A stretch of DNA of 64,000 bases, from positions 141,381 to 205,380 of the forward strand of contig CAJTYG010000002.1 in assembly GCA_910584155.1 (NCBI GenBank). The letters run 5' to 3'. Each line of letters starts with the position of its first letter. Within the stretch, counting starts at the first letter, position 1. Below, in pieces: positions 46,175-56,994 of the stretch. A program made the translations under genes and the position numbers. Below the pieces are notes generated by a model. That model was not told where the DNA came from and did not search any database. It saw only the letters and a list, made by a program, of their open reading frames with translations. The DNA comes from an uncultured Christensenella sp. Its GTDB lineage: Bacteria > Bacillota > Clostridia > Christensenellales > CAG-917.

Positions 46175-47599
46175 TTATTCTTTGCCGTTCCAACAGTAGG
46201 TACACAGCTTGCACGGATCTATACCTATCGACTTTATTACGCCGTCAAGAGTTTGAAACTCAAGCGATGAAAAATGCAGCTTTTTACAAATCGCATCACG
46301 CAGTTTTTTGCCTCTTTCGGTAGTTCCGTCCGAATATTCGTCAATATGGTCGAAGCCCTGTTCGCCCTCAAGCTCCTTTATGGTGCTTCTTGCGATCAGT
46401 TCCATATCGCTTGTCGCACGTGAAAAATTGAGATACTTGCAGCCGTACATAATGGGCGGACAAGCCGAGCGGATATGCACCTCTTTTGCGCCGTGAGCGT
46501 ACAAGAATTCAACTGTTTCTCTCATCTGAGTGCCACGCACGATGGAATCGTCCACAAACAGCAGTTTTTTATCCTTGATGAGCTCGTGCACAGGCACCTG
46601 CTTCATCTTTGCGACCTTGTTGCGGTCACGCTGATTGTTTGGCATAAAGCTTCTCGGCCACGTAGGCGTATACTTTATAAACGGACGAGCAAACTTCAAG
46701 CCGCTTCTGTTTGAATAGCCTATAGCGTGCGGTGTACCCGAATCGGGGACGCCACCCACGTAGTCTATCTCGGGCTTATTGCCGTTGTCTATGTCGTTTT
46801 GCGCCATTATCTCGCCGTTGCGATAGCGCATAGTTTCGACGTTTACGCCCTCATAGTTTGACGTCGGATAGCCGTAGTACGTCCAAAGGAATGAGCAAAG
46901 CCGCATTTCCTTGCCGGGCTCGGCAAGCTGCTTTACCCCGTTCACGCTGAGTTCGACTATTTCACCGGGGCCAAGCTCACGCTCATCCTCGTAGCCGAGC
47001 TTTTTATATGCGAAGTCCTCAAAGCTTACGCAATAGCCGTCCTCTCGTTTGCCTATCGAAACAGGAGTACGCCCAAGTCTGTCACGTGCGGCGATAATGC
47101 TGCCGTCATCTTTCAAAATGAGTATTGTTGCGCTGCCGTCTATCACGCTTTGCGCAAACTTTATTCCGTCTGCAAAATCATTCTTTTGGTTGATGAGCGC
47201 AGCAACAAGCTCGGTGCGGTTTATTCCGCCTCCGCTCATCGCATCGAAATGCCCGCCCCAAAAGGAAAGAAAGCTGTCGATGAGCCTCTCGGCATTATTT
47301 ATTATGCCTACTATACATATTGCATACGTGCCGAGCTTTGAACGTATAAGCAGCGGCTGAGGGTCGGTATCGCTTATGCAGCCTATTGCCGACCTGCCCT
47401 TCATCTCGTCAAAAATGTTTTCAAATTTTGTTCTGAAAGGCGAATTTTGGATATTGTGTATCTTGCGCTGCAAGCCCTCATCCTCGTCATAAGCCGCCAT
47501 TCCGCCACGGTATGTGCCCAAATGCGAGTGATAGTCTGTGCCGAAAAACACATCGTAAATTGCGTCTTTATTTGTAACAGCTCCGAAAAAACCGCCCAT
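46175..47599 (-). CDS. purF: amidophosphoribosyltransferase-like protein lacking the N-terminal catalytic Cys
   Basis: 474 aa. PRPP-binding motif LLFVDDSIVRGTQ. The N-terminus is MGGFFGA... where canonical PurF has (M)CG[IV][FV]G. The ATG has a GGAGG RBS 5 nt upstream and starts 15 nt after the purC stop. Confidence 0.85.
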   Translation of the reverse strand: MGGFFGAVTNKDAIYDVFFGTDYHSHLGTYRGGMAAYDEDEGLQRKIHNIQNSPFRTKFENIFDEMKGRSAIGCISDTDPQPLLIRSKLGTYAICIVGIINNAERLIDSFLSFWGGHFDAMSGGGINRTELVAALINQKNDFADGIKFAQSVIDGSATILILKDDGSIIAARDRLGRTPVSIGKREDGYCVSFEDFAYKKLGYEDERELGPGEIVELSVNGVKQLAEPGKEMRLCSFLWTYYGYPTSNYEGVNVETMRYRNGEIMAQNDIDNGNKPEIDYVGGVPDSGTPHAIGYSNRSGLKFARPFIKYTPTWPRSFMPNNQRDRNKVAKMKQVPVHELIKDKKLLFVDDSIVRGTQMRETVEFLYAHGAKEVHIRSACPPIMYGCKYLNFSRATSDMELIARSTIKELEGEQGFDHIDEYSDGTTERGKKLRDAICKKLHFSSLEFQTLDGVIKSIGIDPCKLCTYCWNGKE

Positions 47600-47614
47600 A
47601 TGAGCCTCCGACCG

Positions 47615-48322
47615 TCAGCCGATAATTCTTTTCATCATCTCTTGATATGCGTCCTCGACGTTCCCGAGATCTCTGCGGAAACGGTCCTTATCAAGCTTTT
47701 CGTGCGTCTTGCTGTCCCAGAAACGGCAGGTATCGGGCGATATCTCGTCGGCAAGCACAATAGTACCGTCGCAGGTTTTGCCAAACTCGAGCTTGAAGTC
47801 AACAAGGTCGACGCCGACGTTTTTGAAAAATGCCTTCATCACTTCGTTTATCTTAAACGCCATAGACGTAATGGTTGCTATATCCTCTTTTGTGGCAATG
47901 CCCAGCGCAAGTGCGTGATAGCTGTTGATAAGTGGATCGCCGAGCTCGTCGTTTTTGTATGAAAACTCAATGGTGGGCTCTTTAAATACGATGCCTTCCT
48001 CAACGCCGTAGCGCTTTGCAAACGAGCCTGCCGATATGTTGCGGATTATCACCTCAAGCGGCACTATGCTCACCTTTTTTACAAGTGTTTCTCTGTCGGA
48101 AATTTCCTCAATGAAATGCGTAGGCACGCCTTCCTTTTCAAGCAACTGCATCATAAAGTTTGTGACCTTATTGTTTATGACGCCCTTGCCTGCGATAGTG
48201 CCCTTTTTCAAACCGTTAAATGCGGTAGCGTCGTCCTTGTAATCGACAAGCAGCACCTCTTTATTGTCGGTCGCATACACTTTTTTTGCTTTGCCTTCAT
48301 ACAGCATTTCTCTTTTTTCCAT
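47615..48322 (-). CDS. purC: phosphoribosylaminoimidazole-succinocarboxamide synthase
   Basis: ATG at 48322 with an [28 protein letters not shown]... matches SAICAR synthetase. The upstream extension in the ORF track was rejected. Confidence 0.94.
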   Translation of the reverse strand: MEKREMLYEGKAKKVYATDNKEVLLVDYKDDATAFNGLKKGTIAGKGVINNKVTNFMMQLLEKEGVPTHFIEEISDRETLVKKVSIVPLEVIIRNISAGSFAKRYGVEEGIVFKEPTIEFSYKNDELGDPLINSYHALALGIATKEDIATITSMAFKINEVMKAFFKNVGVDLVDFKLEFGKTCDGTIVLADEISPDTCRFWDSKTHEKLDKDRFRRDLGNVEDAYQEMMKRIIG

Positions 48323-48332
48323 AACTGCACTC

Positions 48333-48830
48333 CTATTGTTTTTTAAATTCGGACGCAACGGCTTCGTCTTTTTTGAGCACTGCCTCTGCGTCGGTTTTTC
48401 TTTTTTGGTCGAGCTTCTTTGTAAGCTCGCAATCCTCGACGGCAAGTATCTGCAAAGCGAGCAACGCCGCATTTGCGCCGCCGTTTATCGCAACGGTTGC
48501 AACGGGTATGCCGCTTGGCATCATAACTGTGGACAAAAGAGCGTCCATCCCGTCAAGCACGGACGATTTGCACGGGATACCTATGACGGGAAGCGTAGTG
48601 TTTGCGGCGATAGCTCCCGCAAGGTGCGCCGCCATGCCTGCCGCAGCGATCAATACGCCAAAGCCGTTTTCTCTCGCAGCTTCGGCAAATTGCTTTGCTT
48701 CTACGGGAGTGCGATGCGCCGAATACACGTGCACCTCGTACGGCGCTTCAAATGCCTCCAATACGTCTGTTGCTTTTCTGATGACGGGCAAGTCGCTGTC
48801 GCTGCCCATAACAATTCCAATCTTCTTCAT
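48333..48830 (-). CDS. purE: 5-(carboxyamino)imidazole ribonucleotide mutase / AIR carboxylase
   Basis: ATG at 48830 with a [41 protein letters not shown]. Confidence 0.94.
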   Translation of the reverse strand: MKKIGIVMGSDSDLPVIRKATDVLEAFEAPYEVHVYSAHRTPVEAKQFAEAARENGFGVLIAAAGMAAHLAGAIAANTTLPVIGIPCKSSVLDGMDALLSTVMMPSGIPVATVAINGGANAALLALQILAVEDCELTKKLDQKRKTDAEAVLKKDEAVASEFKKQ

Positions 48831-48840
48831 ACAACACCTC

Positions 48841-49032
48841 AAAATAAAAACGGCACACTCTGCAAAACACGGCGCTGCGTGTCCTCTCAAAGTATGCCAC
48901 TTAGCGGACATACTTCTACACCCTTGCCCATAAGGCTTGGGAAATTATGCCCAGACGGTCGACAAGACATCAAGTCTTTATATTCCGCCTGCTCCACGTG
49001 GTTATCCACTTATCCGTCAGTCACAGGCGGTT
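48841..49032 (-). promoter_or_regulatory. ZTP (pfl-motif) riboswitch with intrinsic terminator, leader of the pur operon
   Basis: Minus strand 5' subdomain: CCGCCUGUGACUGACGGAUAAGUGGAUAACCACGUGGAGCAGGCGG (48985-49030). Compare the T. carboxydivorans ZTP aptamer GGGUCGUGACUGGCGAACAGGUGGGAAACCACCGGGGAGCGACCC. A linker is followed by the 3' element GACCGUCUGGGCA (48948-48960). A long hairpin GGCAUACUUU...AGAGUGUGCC followed by GUUUUUAUUUU occupies 48841-48898. Confidence 0.8.
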
Positions 49033-49067
49033 TTGCTATAATTTTATATCCCCAAAAGGATATTTGT

Positions 49068-49097
49068 ATATTATCATATACAACAAATCGATGTCAA
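49068..49097 (-). promoter_or_regulatory. putative sigma-A promoter of the pur operon
   Basis: Minus strand: TTGACA (49092-49097), 18 nt, then an extended -10 TGaTAATAT (-10 hexamer 49068-49073). It lies ~35 nt upstream of the riboswitch. Confidence 0.6.
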
Positions 49098-49193
49098 CAA
49101 ATCGGACTGCAGCGCACCCGTCAATTTGTCAAGTCCACGAAAAGTGTTTTAAGTGCCGAAACACGTCCCGTATTTTGCCGTATATAAAACTTA

Positions 49194-49221
49194 AAAACAC
49201 CCGCAATGCGGGTGCTTTTTA
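49194..49221 (-). terminator. rho-independent terminator of fhs
   Basis: Minus strand: AAAAAGCACCCGC-ATT-GCGGGTG followed by TTTTT. Confidence 0.8.
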
Positions 49222-50901
49222 TCAGAATAAGCCCGATATAACTCCGTTATCGTCAACGTCTATTCTCTCCGCCGCAGGCGATTTGGGCAGCCCCGGCATT
49301 GTAAGGATATCGCCCGTAAGCACAACTATAAAGCCTGCGCCTGCGGATATCTTCACATTTTTGACGGTCACCTTAAAGCCTGTCGGTGCGCCGAGCTTTG
49401 TCGGATCGTCCGAAAAGCTGTATTGTGTTTTTGCGATGCAAACGGGACATTTGTCAAACCCGAGCTGCGTGAGCTTTGCGATTTGAGCTTTTGCGTTCGG
49501 CATAAATATCACGCCGTCGCCGCCGTATATCTTTTTGACAACGGCTTCTATCTTTTCCTCTATTGAACAATCGTCTTCGTATGAGAAAGTAAAATTGCCC
49601 TTTTCCTCATCGCAAAGGCGTACAACCTCTTTTGCCAAGGCTTCGCCGCCCTTACCGCCTTCCGCCCAAACTGTCGAAAGCACGGTGTTTACGCCAAGCT
49701 CTCTGCACTTTGCAATGATAAAATCGATTTCTTTATCCGTATCTGTCGGGAAGCGGTTGACCGCAACCACGCAAGGCAGCTTGTATACGTTTTTGATGTT
49801 GGATACGTGGCGCAAAAGATTTGGCACGCCGTTTTCAAGCGCAACAAGGTTTTCGTTGTTAAGCTCGGTCTTTGCAAGTCCGCCGTGCATTTTCAGCGCA
49901 CGCACAGTCGCAACGACTACCACTGCAGAGGGGGTAAGCCCCGCCATACGGCACTTTATATCAAGGAATTTTTCCGCACCGAGGTCTGCGCCGAAGCCTG
50001 CCTCTGTCACCACATAATCACCGAGCTTCAAAGCAAGCTTTGTAGCCGTGACCGAATTGCAGCCGTGAGCGATATTTGCAAAAGGACCTCCGTGCACAAG
50101 AGCGGGCGTACCCTCAAGTGTCTGCACCAAATTTGGTTTTAGCGCATCCTTCAAAAGCGCCGCCATTGCGCCTGCCGCCTTAAGCTGTCCGCAAGTTACG
50201 GGCTCGTCGTTGAAGTTGTAGCCTACTATGATTTTTGAAAGTCTTTCCTTTAAATCGGCAATAGAGCTTGAAAGACAAAGCACCGCCATTATCTCGCTTG
50301 CGACCGTTATGTCGAAGCCGTCCTCACGTGGCACACCGTTAGCCTTTCCGCCCATTCCGTCCACCATGAAACGCAGCTGTCTGTCGTTCATATCCACACA
50401 GCGCTTCCACGTGATACGTCTTACGTCTATGTTCAGCTCGTTGCCCTGCTGAATATGATTGTCAAGCATTGCCGCAAGCAGATTGTTTGCTGCGCCTATT
50501 GCGTGAAAATCGCCCGTAAAATGCAGGTTTATATCTTCCATAGGCACGACCTGCGCATATCCGCCACCTGCCGCACCGCCTTTGACGCCGAATACGGGAC
50601 CCAAAGAGGGCTCACGCAATGCCACGATCACGTTTTTTCCTATGCGCTTTAAACCGTCCGCAAGCCCTATGGTTGTCGTTGTCTTTCCCTCGCCGGCGGG
50701 CGTGGGCGTGATAGCGGTGACAAGAATGAGCTTTCCGTCATTTTTTTTGGCATCCTTCAGCAAGGACAAATCTACCTTTGCCTTATACTTTCCATATTGC
50801 TCGATATATTTTTCGTCAATACCTGCAACCTTTGCGATATCGTTGATATGCTTCATTTTGCACTGCTGTGCGATTTCGATGTCGGACAAATATTTTGCCA
50901 T
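49222..50901 (-). CDS. fhs: formate--tetrahydrofolate ligase
   Basis: 559 aa. [12 protein letters not shown]..., [16 protein letters not shown], and a conserved FTHFS C-terminus. Confidence 0.96.
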   Translation of the reverse strand: MAKYLSDIEIAQQCKMKHINDIAKVAGIDEKYIEQYGKYKAKVDLSLLKDAKKNDGKLILVTAITPTPAGEGKTTTTIGLADGLKRIGKNVIVALREPSLGPVFGVKGGAAGGGYAQVVPMEDINLHFTGDFHAIGAANNLLAAMLDNHIQQGNELNIDVRRITWKRCVDMNDRQLRFMVDGMGGKANGVPREDGFDITVASEIMAVLCLSSSIADLKERLSKIIVGYNFNDEPVTCGQLKAAGAMAALLKDALKPNLVQTLEGTPALVHGGPFANIAHGCNSVTATKLALKLGDYVVTEAGFGADLGAEKFLDIKCRMAGLTPSAVVVVATVRALKMHGGLAKTELNNENLVALENGVPNLLRHVSNIKNVYKLPCVVAVNRFPTDTDKEIDFIIAKCRELGVNTVLSTVWAEGGKGGEALAKEVVRLCDEEKGNFTFSYEDDCSIEEKIEAVVKKIYGGDGVIFMPNAKAQIAKLTQLGFDKCPVCIAKTQYSFSDDPTKLGAPTGFKVTVKNVKISAGAGFIVVLTGDILTMPGLPKSPAAERIDVDDNGVISGLF

Positions 50902-50987
50902 TTTCTCTCCTATGGTTTAATATGTTCGGCTTTCTGCGCCGTGACGGGGACGATTTAAAATAAATCTGCGATACGGTTACTGTATTG

Positions 50988-52493
50988 TCACTCGTTGTGA
51001 TAAGTCGTCTTTTTGGTTATGACGTCGTGCGCTCCGCCCTCAACGATGCTCGTTGCGGATACGACGGTCATCTTTGCCGTCTTGTGTAGCTGCCATATCG
51101 TAGTCGAGCCGCAGTTGCACATTGTGGACTTCACTTTGTACAGGCTTCTGTTTACATTGTCCTTAAGTCTGCCCGCATACGGCACATAGCTGTCCACGCC
51201 CTCTTCAAAGGAAAGACCGCTCTTTCCGCCGAGGTCGTATCTCTGCCAGTTTCTCGCACGGTTGCTGCCCTCGCCCCAGTATTCCTTAACATAATTGCCG
51301 TTGATATTGAGCTTGTTTGTAGGGCTTTCGTCAAAGCGGGCGAAGTATCTGCCGAGCATAAGGAAATCGGCGCCCATAGCAAGCGCAAGCGTCATATGAT
51401 AGTCGTGTACTATGCCGCCGTCCGAGCAAATGGGGATATAAACGCCTGTCCTTTCAAAATATTCGTCACGGGCCTTAGCGACCTCGATAAGCGCAGTCGC
51501 CTGTCCTCTGCCTATGCCCTTTGTCTCTCTCGTAATACAAATCGAGCCGCCGCCGATACCGACCTTGATGAAGTCCGCACCGCAATCTGCAAGGAAATTG
51601 AAGCCGTCCTTGTCAACTACGTTGCCTGCGCCGACCTTTACACTGTCGCCGTATTTTGCACGGATAAACTCAAGCGTGCGCTTTTGCCATACGGTGTAGC
51701 CCTCGCTCGAATCTATGCAAAGCACGTCCGCACCCGCTTCTACAAGCGCCGGCACTCTCTTTTCGTAGTCAAGCGTATTTATGCCTGCGCCCACAAGATA
51801 TCTCTTCTGCGAGTCGAGCAGCTCGTTGGGATTTTCCTTGTGCTCGGAATAGTCCTTGCGGAAAATCAAATACATCAAATTGCCCTCGTCCGAAACAATG
51901 GGCAGCGAGTTGAGCTTATGCTCCCAGATTATGTCGTTTGCCTCGGCAAGCGTCGTATCCTGAGGCGCAGTGATAAGCTTTGAAAGCGGAGTCATAAACT
52001 CCTCCACCTTTGTATCGAGGCTCATTCGGCTTACACGGTAATCACGGCTTGTCACAATGCCCAAAAGCTTGCCGCCGCACTGCCCGTCGTGAGTTATGGC
52101 GATAGTATTGTGTCCCTTGCGTTCAACTATATCAAGCACGTCCGCAAGAGTTGCGTCGGGCGTCAGATTGCTGTCGGATACGACAAAGCCCGCCTTGTAG
52201 CTCTTGACCTTGCGCACCATTTCCGCCTCGTCCTCAATGGATTGCGAGCCGTATATAAAAGACAATCCGCCTTCCTTTGCAAGCGCAATTGCCATTGTGT
52301 CGTTGGAAACGGATTGCATTATCGCAGATACCATAGGTATATTGAGCGAAATCGCAGGCTCTTCACCCTGTCTGAACTTTGTAAGCGGAGTTTTAAGTGA
52401 TACGTTTGCAGGAATACAATTCTCGTCGGTATAGCCGGGTATCAGCAGATACTCGCTAAAAGTCCTCGACGGCTCTTCACAATATTTTGCCAT
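50988..52493 (-). CDS. guaB: IMP dehydrogenase (with CBS pair)
   Basis: ATG at 52493 with a [20 protein letters not shown], the catalytic loop [12 protein letters not shown], and a CBS insert. Confidence 0.94.
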   Translation of the reverse strand: MAKYCEEPSRTFSEYLLIPGYTDENCIPANVSLKTPLTKFRQGEEPAISLNIPMVSAIMQSVSNDTMAIALAKEGGLSFIYGSQSIEDEAEMVRKVKSYKAGFVVSDSNLTPDATLADVLDIVERKGHNTIAITHDGQCGGKLLGIVTSRDYRVSRMSLDTKVEEFMTPLSKLITAPQDTTLAEANDIIWEHKLNSLPIVSDEGNLMYLIFRKDYSEHKENPNELLDSQKRYLVGAGINTLDYEKRVPALVEAGADVLCIDSSEGYTVWQKRTLEFIRAKYGDSVKVGAGNVVDKDGFNFLADCGADFIKVGIGGGSICITRETKGIGRGQATALIEVAKARDEYFERTGVYIPICSDGGIVHDYHMTLALAMGADFLMLGRYFARFDESPTNKLNINGNYVKEYWGEGSNRARNWQRYDLGGKSGLSFEEGVDSYVPYAGRLKDNVNRSLYKVKSTMCNCGSTTIWQLHKTAKMTVVSATSIVEGGAHDVITKKTTYHNE

Positions 52494-52676
52494 ACTGACC
52501 TCCAAAGGATTAAAATTATCTATATAATCGCATATTTCGCTACCCTTTGTCAAAAGATTGACACAAAAAGTTTTTCTGTTTTGAATTTTAATATCTTTCT
52601 ATATAAAAGTTAGCTTATCATTAGCGTTATAAGCTTATAAAACATATGCGCTAAATGAATTAAGCCATTCTTATAC

Positions 52677-52704
52677 AAAATCCACCGATCGCTCGGTGGA
52701 TTTT
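52677..52704 (-). terminator. rho-independent terminator of the transglutaminase-like protein gene
   Basis: AAAATCCACCGA-TCGC-TCGGTGGATTTT, with symmetric A/T flanks. Confidence 0.8.
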
Positions 52705-52751
52705 GGTTGAAGTTTAAGCAATTTTGTTTGCTGTTGCTTAGTTTAATTTAC

Positions 52752-55700
52752 TTATGCTTTTTTCTTTTTGATCACTATCACTGCGACAACCGCTGCGATC
52801 GCTATAAATGCGACCACGCCGATGACGATACCGACTATAGCGCCTGCCGTCAACGGAGTATCTGTTGGCTCGGCAGTAAATACGTTGCCCTCGACAAACT
52901 CGTATTTTGATGAGGTATTGTCGGTTGACATAACGACCTTTACAGGCTCGACTATACCCTTTTCCTCAAAGCGAACGGCAGCTTCGTCTGAAATAAACTT
53001 CATTTCAAGCTCATTGTTTCTTGAGAGCTCGTCATAGGTCACCGTAAACTTGTTGTCAACCACTCTTGCTTTTACGTCCTTGCCGTTGAGCGTAATGCTG
53101 TAGAGCTTATAACCCGCATCGGGAACGATGCTGTACGTATAAGTTTTGCCGTTTTCGACAGTTTGTATCTGCCCGTCATCTTTGGTGAGCTTGCCGCCCT
53201 TGCCGTCTATTGAAGCGAGAACGGTTTTTTCCGTCGCTTTAGTTTCGGGCACGACCACTACGGTATACGGCGAAAAGCTCTTTACCGTTGCAACGATACC
53301 GAATTTTGTCACCACGCAAGGAATTTCCTCAATGATATAATTATCGTTTTCGATATGCTTGCGATGGAATATCTTGAATGTCACGCCCTCATCATCGGGA
53401 CCGAAGCCTTCGGGGAAACCAAGCGCTATTTTGACATAGCTTCCGTCGGGAATCGTTGCAAACTTGCCGCATATGGATAGCGAAATGTCGTATGTTTGGC
53501 TTGCCTTGATGTCGTTTTTGCTCACGTTGTTGGAAGAATCGCTGCTGATACCGTTTAAAATTTCGTTTTCCATTGTGGAAGGAACACCGTTGACGACAAG
53601 CATCATCTGGCTGCGCTCCTCCTCGGAGAAAGTGCTGTTGTTTTCGGCATCTTTAAAGTTCATAGCCGACAAATCGGAATTATCAACAAGAGTTGGCTGT
53701 GCGCAGCACTCCACCCAAAGTCTGCCGTCGCCGAAAACTTTCGGACAAGCAATGAACATACGGGCAAACTTATAGAATGCGTGGTTTGGAGCTTTATCCG
53801 ATGTTGTGCGAATAAGACCGCCGTTCTCATCTCTTTTATCCACAATTTTTGCGGAGCCTACGTTTTCAAAAGTAAATATATAACCCGTTGCATCGTGTTC
53901 ATACATAAGGCTGGGCTTAAACTTAAACTGCAGCGTATTCGGAACACCGTTAGCATCGTTTACAAGATGCACGTATGCACCGTCGTCAAAAGCAACAAAG
54001 CCCGCATACTGCCTTATATTTTCACGCTCGCCCGTAAAGTTGACTTTTATGGGCTGGTCGGGATCAAGCTTATGTAAAGGCTCGTCGTAAACAATACTGA
54101 ACAATATAGCCTTACTGTCGCTCATCAGATTGCTGTCTGCCGATGCTCTCATGCTGTCTGAAATGCTGTAGAAGCAACCGACATAAGGCTTTGTTTTATC
54201 CGTGGAAATGTACGGCGCAGGCGTATAAGTGCCATACGCATAGTTTTCTATATTAGCAGACATAAAGACGGCGTTTTTCTCAACTTTCTCGTTGGAGCTA
54301 TATTCGCAGTTTGGCTCGTATATCACAATATCGCCTATTTTGTAATTCATATCAGGTTCTATGCCCGACACGACCGCATACTGCGAATAGCGCACGTCGC
54401 TTGTAGTCACGGTCATAGTTTTAGAACCTACGTGTTGAATACCGCTTGCTTCAAAACCCGTGCTGTTAACCAAATCCTGCCATCGAGTCCAATTATATTC
54501 GCCGTTTTTCATGTAGCATTGGCGCATGATCAAACGAAGATTTTCGTTTTCCAAAAGCTGAACAGCATTGTATCCGTCATAGCTGACCATCTGTTTTGGA
54601 TAATCGTAATTTACACCGTCCGTTTTGGTAGCGACGCTTGAAAATTCAAAGCCGCCTATTCTGACAAAATCGTGAACAGCGTTGGGATCGCTTGCCTGCT
54701 CATAAGTAAGCAACGAAACGGACGGATATTTTAAGGAATAATTTGATGACGAAATCACTCCGTCGGCAATGTGCTGTGCCGTTTCCGAAAATGCTTCCAT
54801 GACAGAATACTTGTTTTTATCGCTGCTGAGGCTGTTCCAAGTAGTATCGAAAGCAAACCAAGCGCCATCAGTCTCCGAAGCGGTCACGGCAGTATTCTGC
54901 GTGGTAGCGGACGAGTCTTTATTTCCTGTCTGCAGATAGACGTAATTCCATGAGTGACCTACGTTCTGATCGGTGTTATTGCCGTCGCTGTCCTTGCCCT
55001 TGCTATAGCCGCTGACTATCACGCAAGGTATGTCAAAGGTATCCATCAGCGCTTTATATGCAAATGCAAAGCCTGAGCACACTGACTTATTCAAAACGAG
55101 CGCACCGTAAGCCGTATGCGTAAGCGAAGCCGTCGAAGCGCCGCCCTCGATAAAATCGTTATAAGCGCCGAAATCATAGCTCACACTGTTTGCTATCGCT
55201 ACGTTTGCCGCCTTTGCGGTGACATAATCGTTTTTATTGCCCGAGTTATCGGCAGCGACTGCCTGCAAAACGTCGTTGCGGATTTTAGTCAAAGCGGAAT
55301 TATAATCCGATATCGCCTTATTTACTGCCGCTTCGGTCGTAAAAGCATTGTCTCTGTATGCGTTTGCATATCTGCCGCTGTCGATAAACGCAGTATATTC
55401 GCCGGAATTGCGTGCAGCGCTTATCGTGAGCTTATAAAGATCGATATAAAACAACTCGGGATGGTCCATCAGAAATGAATCTCTTGCAGCGCTGAACGCT
55501 TTGGGAATTTCCAAATCGCCGTCGACAACCCAGCCCTCGATTTGATCGGAAGTCAAAATCGAGTTCAAACCATAGGAAACGTTGCCCGTTTTAAAATCAC
55601 CGGACGCTTCTATGCTCTCCAAAGCTCTGTAAAACTGCTTTGCGAGGACATAATCCACCTCGTCGCCATCGGAATTAAATGTGGTAAGATTATCATAATA

Positions 55701-55844
55701 GTAAGCATAAGTCGCCCCTGCGTCCTCCTGTGCAAATCCTACCGAGTTTGAATTCGCCAAAACAACCGTAGATCCCAACAATATCGAAAGCGTAAGAACA
55801 AACGCAGTCATAATTATCGAAATACGTTTTTTTGATGAAGTCAT
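52752..55844 (-). CDS. large secreted transglutaminase-like (Cys-protease fold) protein with Ig-like repeats and C-terminal TM anchor
   Basis: 1030 aa. Signal peptide. Transglutaminase core CSGFAFAYKALMD...GHSWNYVYL...FDTTWN. C-terminal AGAIVGIVIGVVAFIAIAAVVAVIVIKKKKA. Confidence 0.85.
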   Translation of the reverse strand: MTSSKKRISIIMTAFVLTLSILLGSTVVLANSNSVGFAQEDAGATYAYYYDNLTTFNSDGDEVDYVLAKQFYRALESIEASGDFKTGNVSYGLNSILTSDQIEGWVVDGDLEIPKAFSAARDSFLMDHPELFYIDLYKLTISAARNSGEYTAFIDSGRYANAYRDNAFTTEAAVNKAISDYNSALTKIRNDVLQAVAADNSGNKNDYVTAKAANVAIANSVSYDFGAYNDFIEGGASTASLTHTAYGALVLNKSVCSGFAFAYKALMDTFDIPCVIVSGYSKGKDSDGNNTDQNVGHSWNYVYLQTGNKDSSATTQNTAVTASETDGAWFAFDTTWNSLSSDKNKYSVMEAFSETAQHIADGVISSSNYSLKYPSVSLLTYEQASDPNAVHDFVRIGGFEFSSVATKTDGVNYDYPKQMVSYDGYNAVQLLENENLRLIMRQCYMKNGEYNWTRWQDLVNSTGFEASGIQHVGSKTMTVTTSDVRYSQYAVVSGIEPDMNYKIGDIVIYEPNCEYSSNEKVEKNAVFMSANIENYAYGTYTPAPYISTDKTKPYVGCFYSISDSMRASADSNLMSDSKAILFSIVYDEPLHKLDPDQPIKVNFTGERENIRQYAGFVAFDDGAYVHLVNDANGVPNTLQFKFKPSLMYEHDATGYIFTFENVGSAKIVDKRDENGGLIRTTSDKAPNHAFYKFARMFIACPKVFGDGRLWVECCAQPTLVDNSDLSAMNFKDAENNSTFSEEERSQMMLVVNGVPSTMENEILNGISSDSSNNVSKNDIKASQTYDISLSICGKFATIPDGSYVKIALGFPEGFGPDDEGVTFKIFHRKHIENDNYIIEEIPCVVTKFGIVATVKSFSPYTVVVVPETKATEKTVLASIDGKGGKLTKDDGQIQTVENGKTYTYSIVPDAGYKLYSITLNGKDVKARVVDNKFTVTYDELSRNNELEMKFISDEAAVRFEEKGIVEPVKVVMSTDNTSSKYEFVEGNVFTAEPTDTPLTAGAIVGIVIGVVAFIAIAAVVAVIVIKKKKA

Positions 55845-56092
55845 AAACTACCTCCTATACTATTTAATGTCGGCTTAAGGATATATCGCAATATCATATT
55901 GTTTGATTGCTATGTCTAAGCCGTACTTATAATATAAAATTAAAAAATTTTTGTCAAATCTTAACAAAAGAAAAATTTATATTTATTTGTAAAATAAATA
56001 TACTTATCAAACGTGTGTAAAAAAAACGAAGAATAATTTATTTTTCAATATCTCTGCTGAATTTAGATACGCTTTCCACTATAAATTAAAAA

Positions 56093-56878
56093 CTACAATT
56101 GTACCCATTTTGCATAGAGATTCAACTCTCCGTTTTCTGACATAATAAAACTGTCAAAACTAAACGGTGTTATACACTCTTCATCTAAAAACCATCCACC
56201 AAACTCATATCCTTCTCTCTGAGGTGCCATAGGAATGGTCTTTATACTATCACCTACGTCCAAATCATCTATCCAACAATATCCACCATTTGGCGAATCA
56301 ACATAATTGTAAAAATATGATACGTTTGCACCTTTAAATTCCCCATATGTGTATTCATTATATTTGCTTTCAAAAGCATCCAATGAAGTTTTTGGCACAT
56401 AATAAATCATACTTCGTTCATAAGGATAACGATTATCATTATTATTTCTCACATTAAACCCATATGAATACTGATCTGGCTCTGTACTCAAAAATATAAT
56501 TTTCTTATTAGGATAAGGAAAGTCTATTCCATTAGAAAATGTATAATTTACCCCCGGAATATACAATTTGTCAGGTATAAAATCATAACAAGATATTGTT
56601 AAAGAAATACCAATATTACGTTGTATATGTGTAATTTTATATCCTTTTATCATTGTTGGCAAAACTGCTTCACCATCGGTTACAGCGTTTTCTTTATTTC
56701 CTATCAATTTAGCAGTTTTGTATTCCTCAAAAGTAATCAAAGCTATCCAACCGTTTTCTTCTATATAATCTTCTCGATCCTCAAGTTTATCACAAGCTGT
56801 TAAACCAATAGCAAATGTAAGTATCAAAATAGATAACAATAATACAGTAATAATTTTTTTCACTCGCAAGTTTATCAT
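56093..56878 (-). CDS. lipoprotein with C-terminal Listeria/Bacteroides-type (Flg_new) repeat
   Basis: Lipobox AIGLTAC after an N-terminal TM. The C-terminal REGYEFGGWFLDEECITPF...LYAKW matches the repeat family. The coding sequence is AT-rich. Confidence 0.7.
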   Translation of the reverse strand: MINLRVKKIITVLLLSILILTFAIGLTACDKLEDREDYIEENGWIALITFEEYKTAKLIGNKENAVTDGEAVLPTMIKGYKITHIQRNIGISLTISCYDFIPDKLYIPGVNYTFSNGIDFPYPNKKIIFLSTEPDQYSYGFNVRNNNDNRYPYERSMIYYVPKTSLDAFESKYNEYTYGEFKGANVSYFYNYVDSPNGGYCWIDDLDVGDSIKTIPMAPQREGYEFGGWFLDEECITPFSFDSFIMSENGELNLYAKWVQL

Positions 56879-56994
56879 ATTATCACCTTTTTTCTATAAA
56901 TATACTATATCATACTTTTATACCACATTCAACTTATTATTGATTTTTCAAATATTGCAATAAAAAAATTTTAAACTTTTGCAAATTTAAAAAA

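Noticed and set aside
48264-49187. 307-aa plus-strand ORF spanning purE and the pur leader
   Set aside because: It is antisense to a well-supported purE gene and to the ZTP riboswitch. The sequence is low-complexity and Cys/Arg-rich, with no RBS. This is a typical shadow ORF. The same reasoning applies to other long antisense ORFs in the track, e.g. 2322-3161, 8149-9003, 11018-11938, 22833-23615 and 39199-39786.
49033-49221. Guanine/adenine riboswitch, PurR box or T-box upstream of the pur operon
   Set aside because: I looked for the purine-riboswitch core (GGAUAUGG...UUUCUACC...CCGUAAA), T-box and PurBox-like sequences. None is present, and the leader fits the ZTP motif instead.
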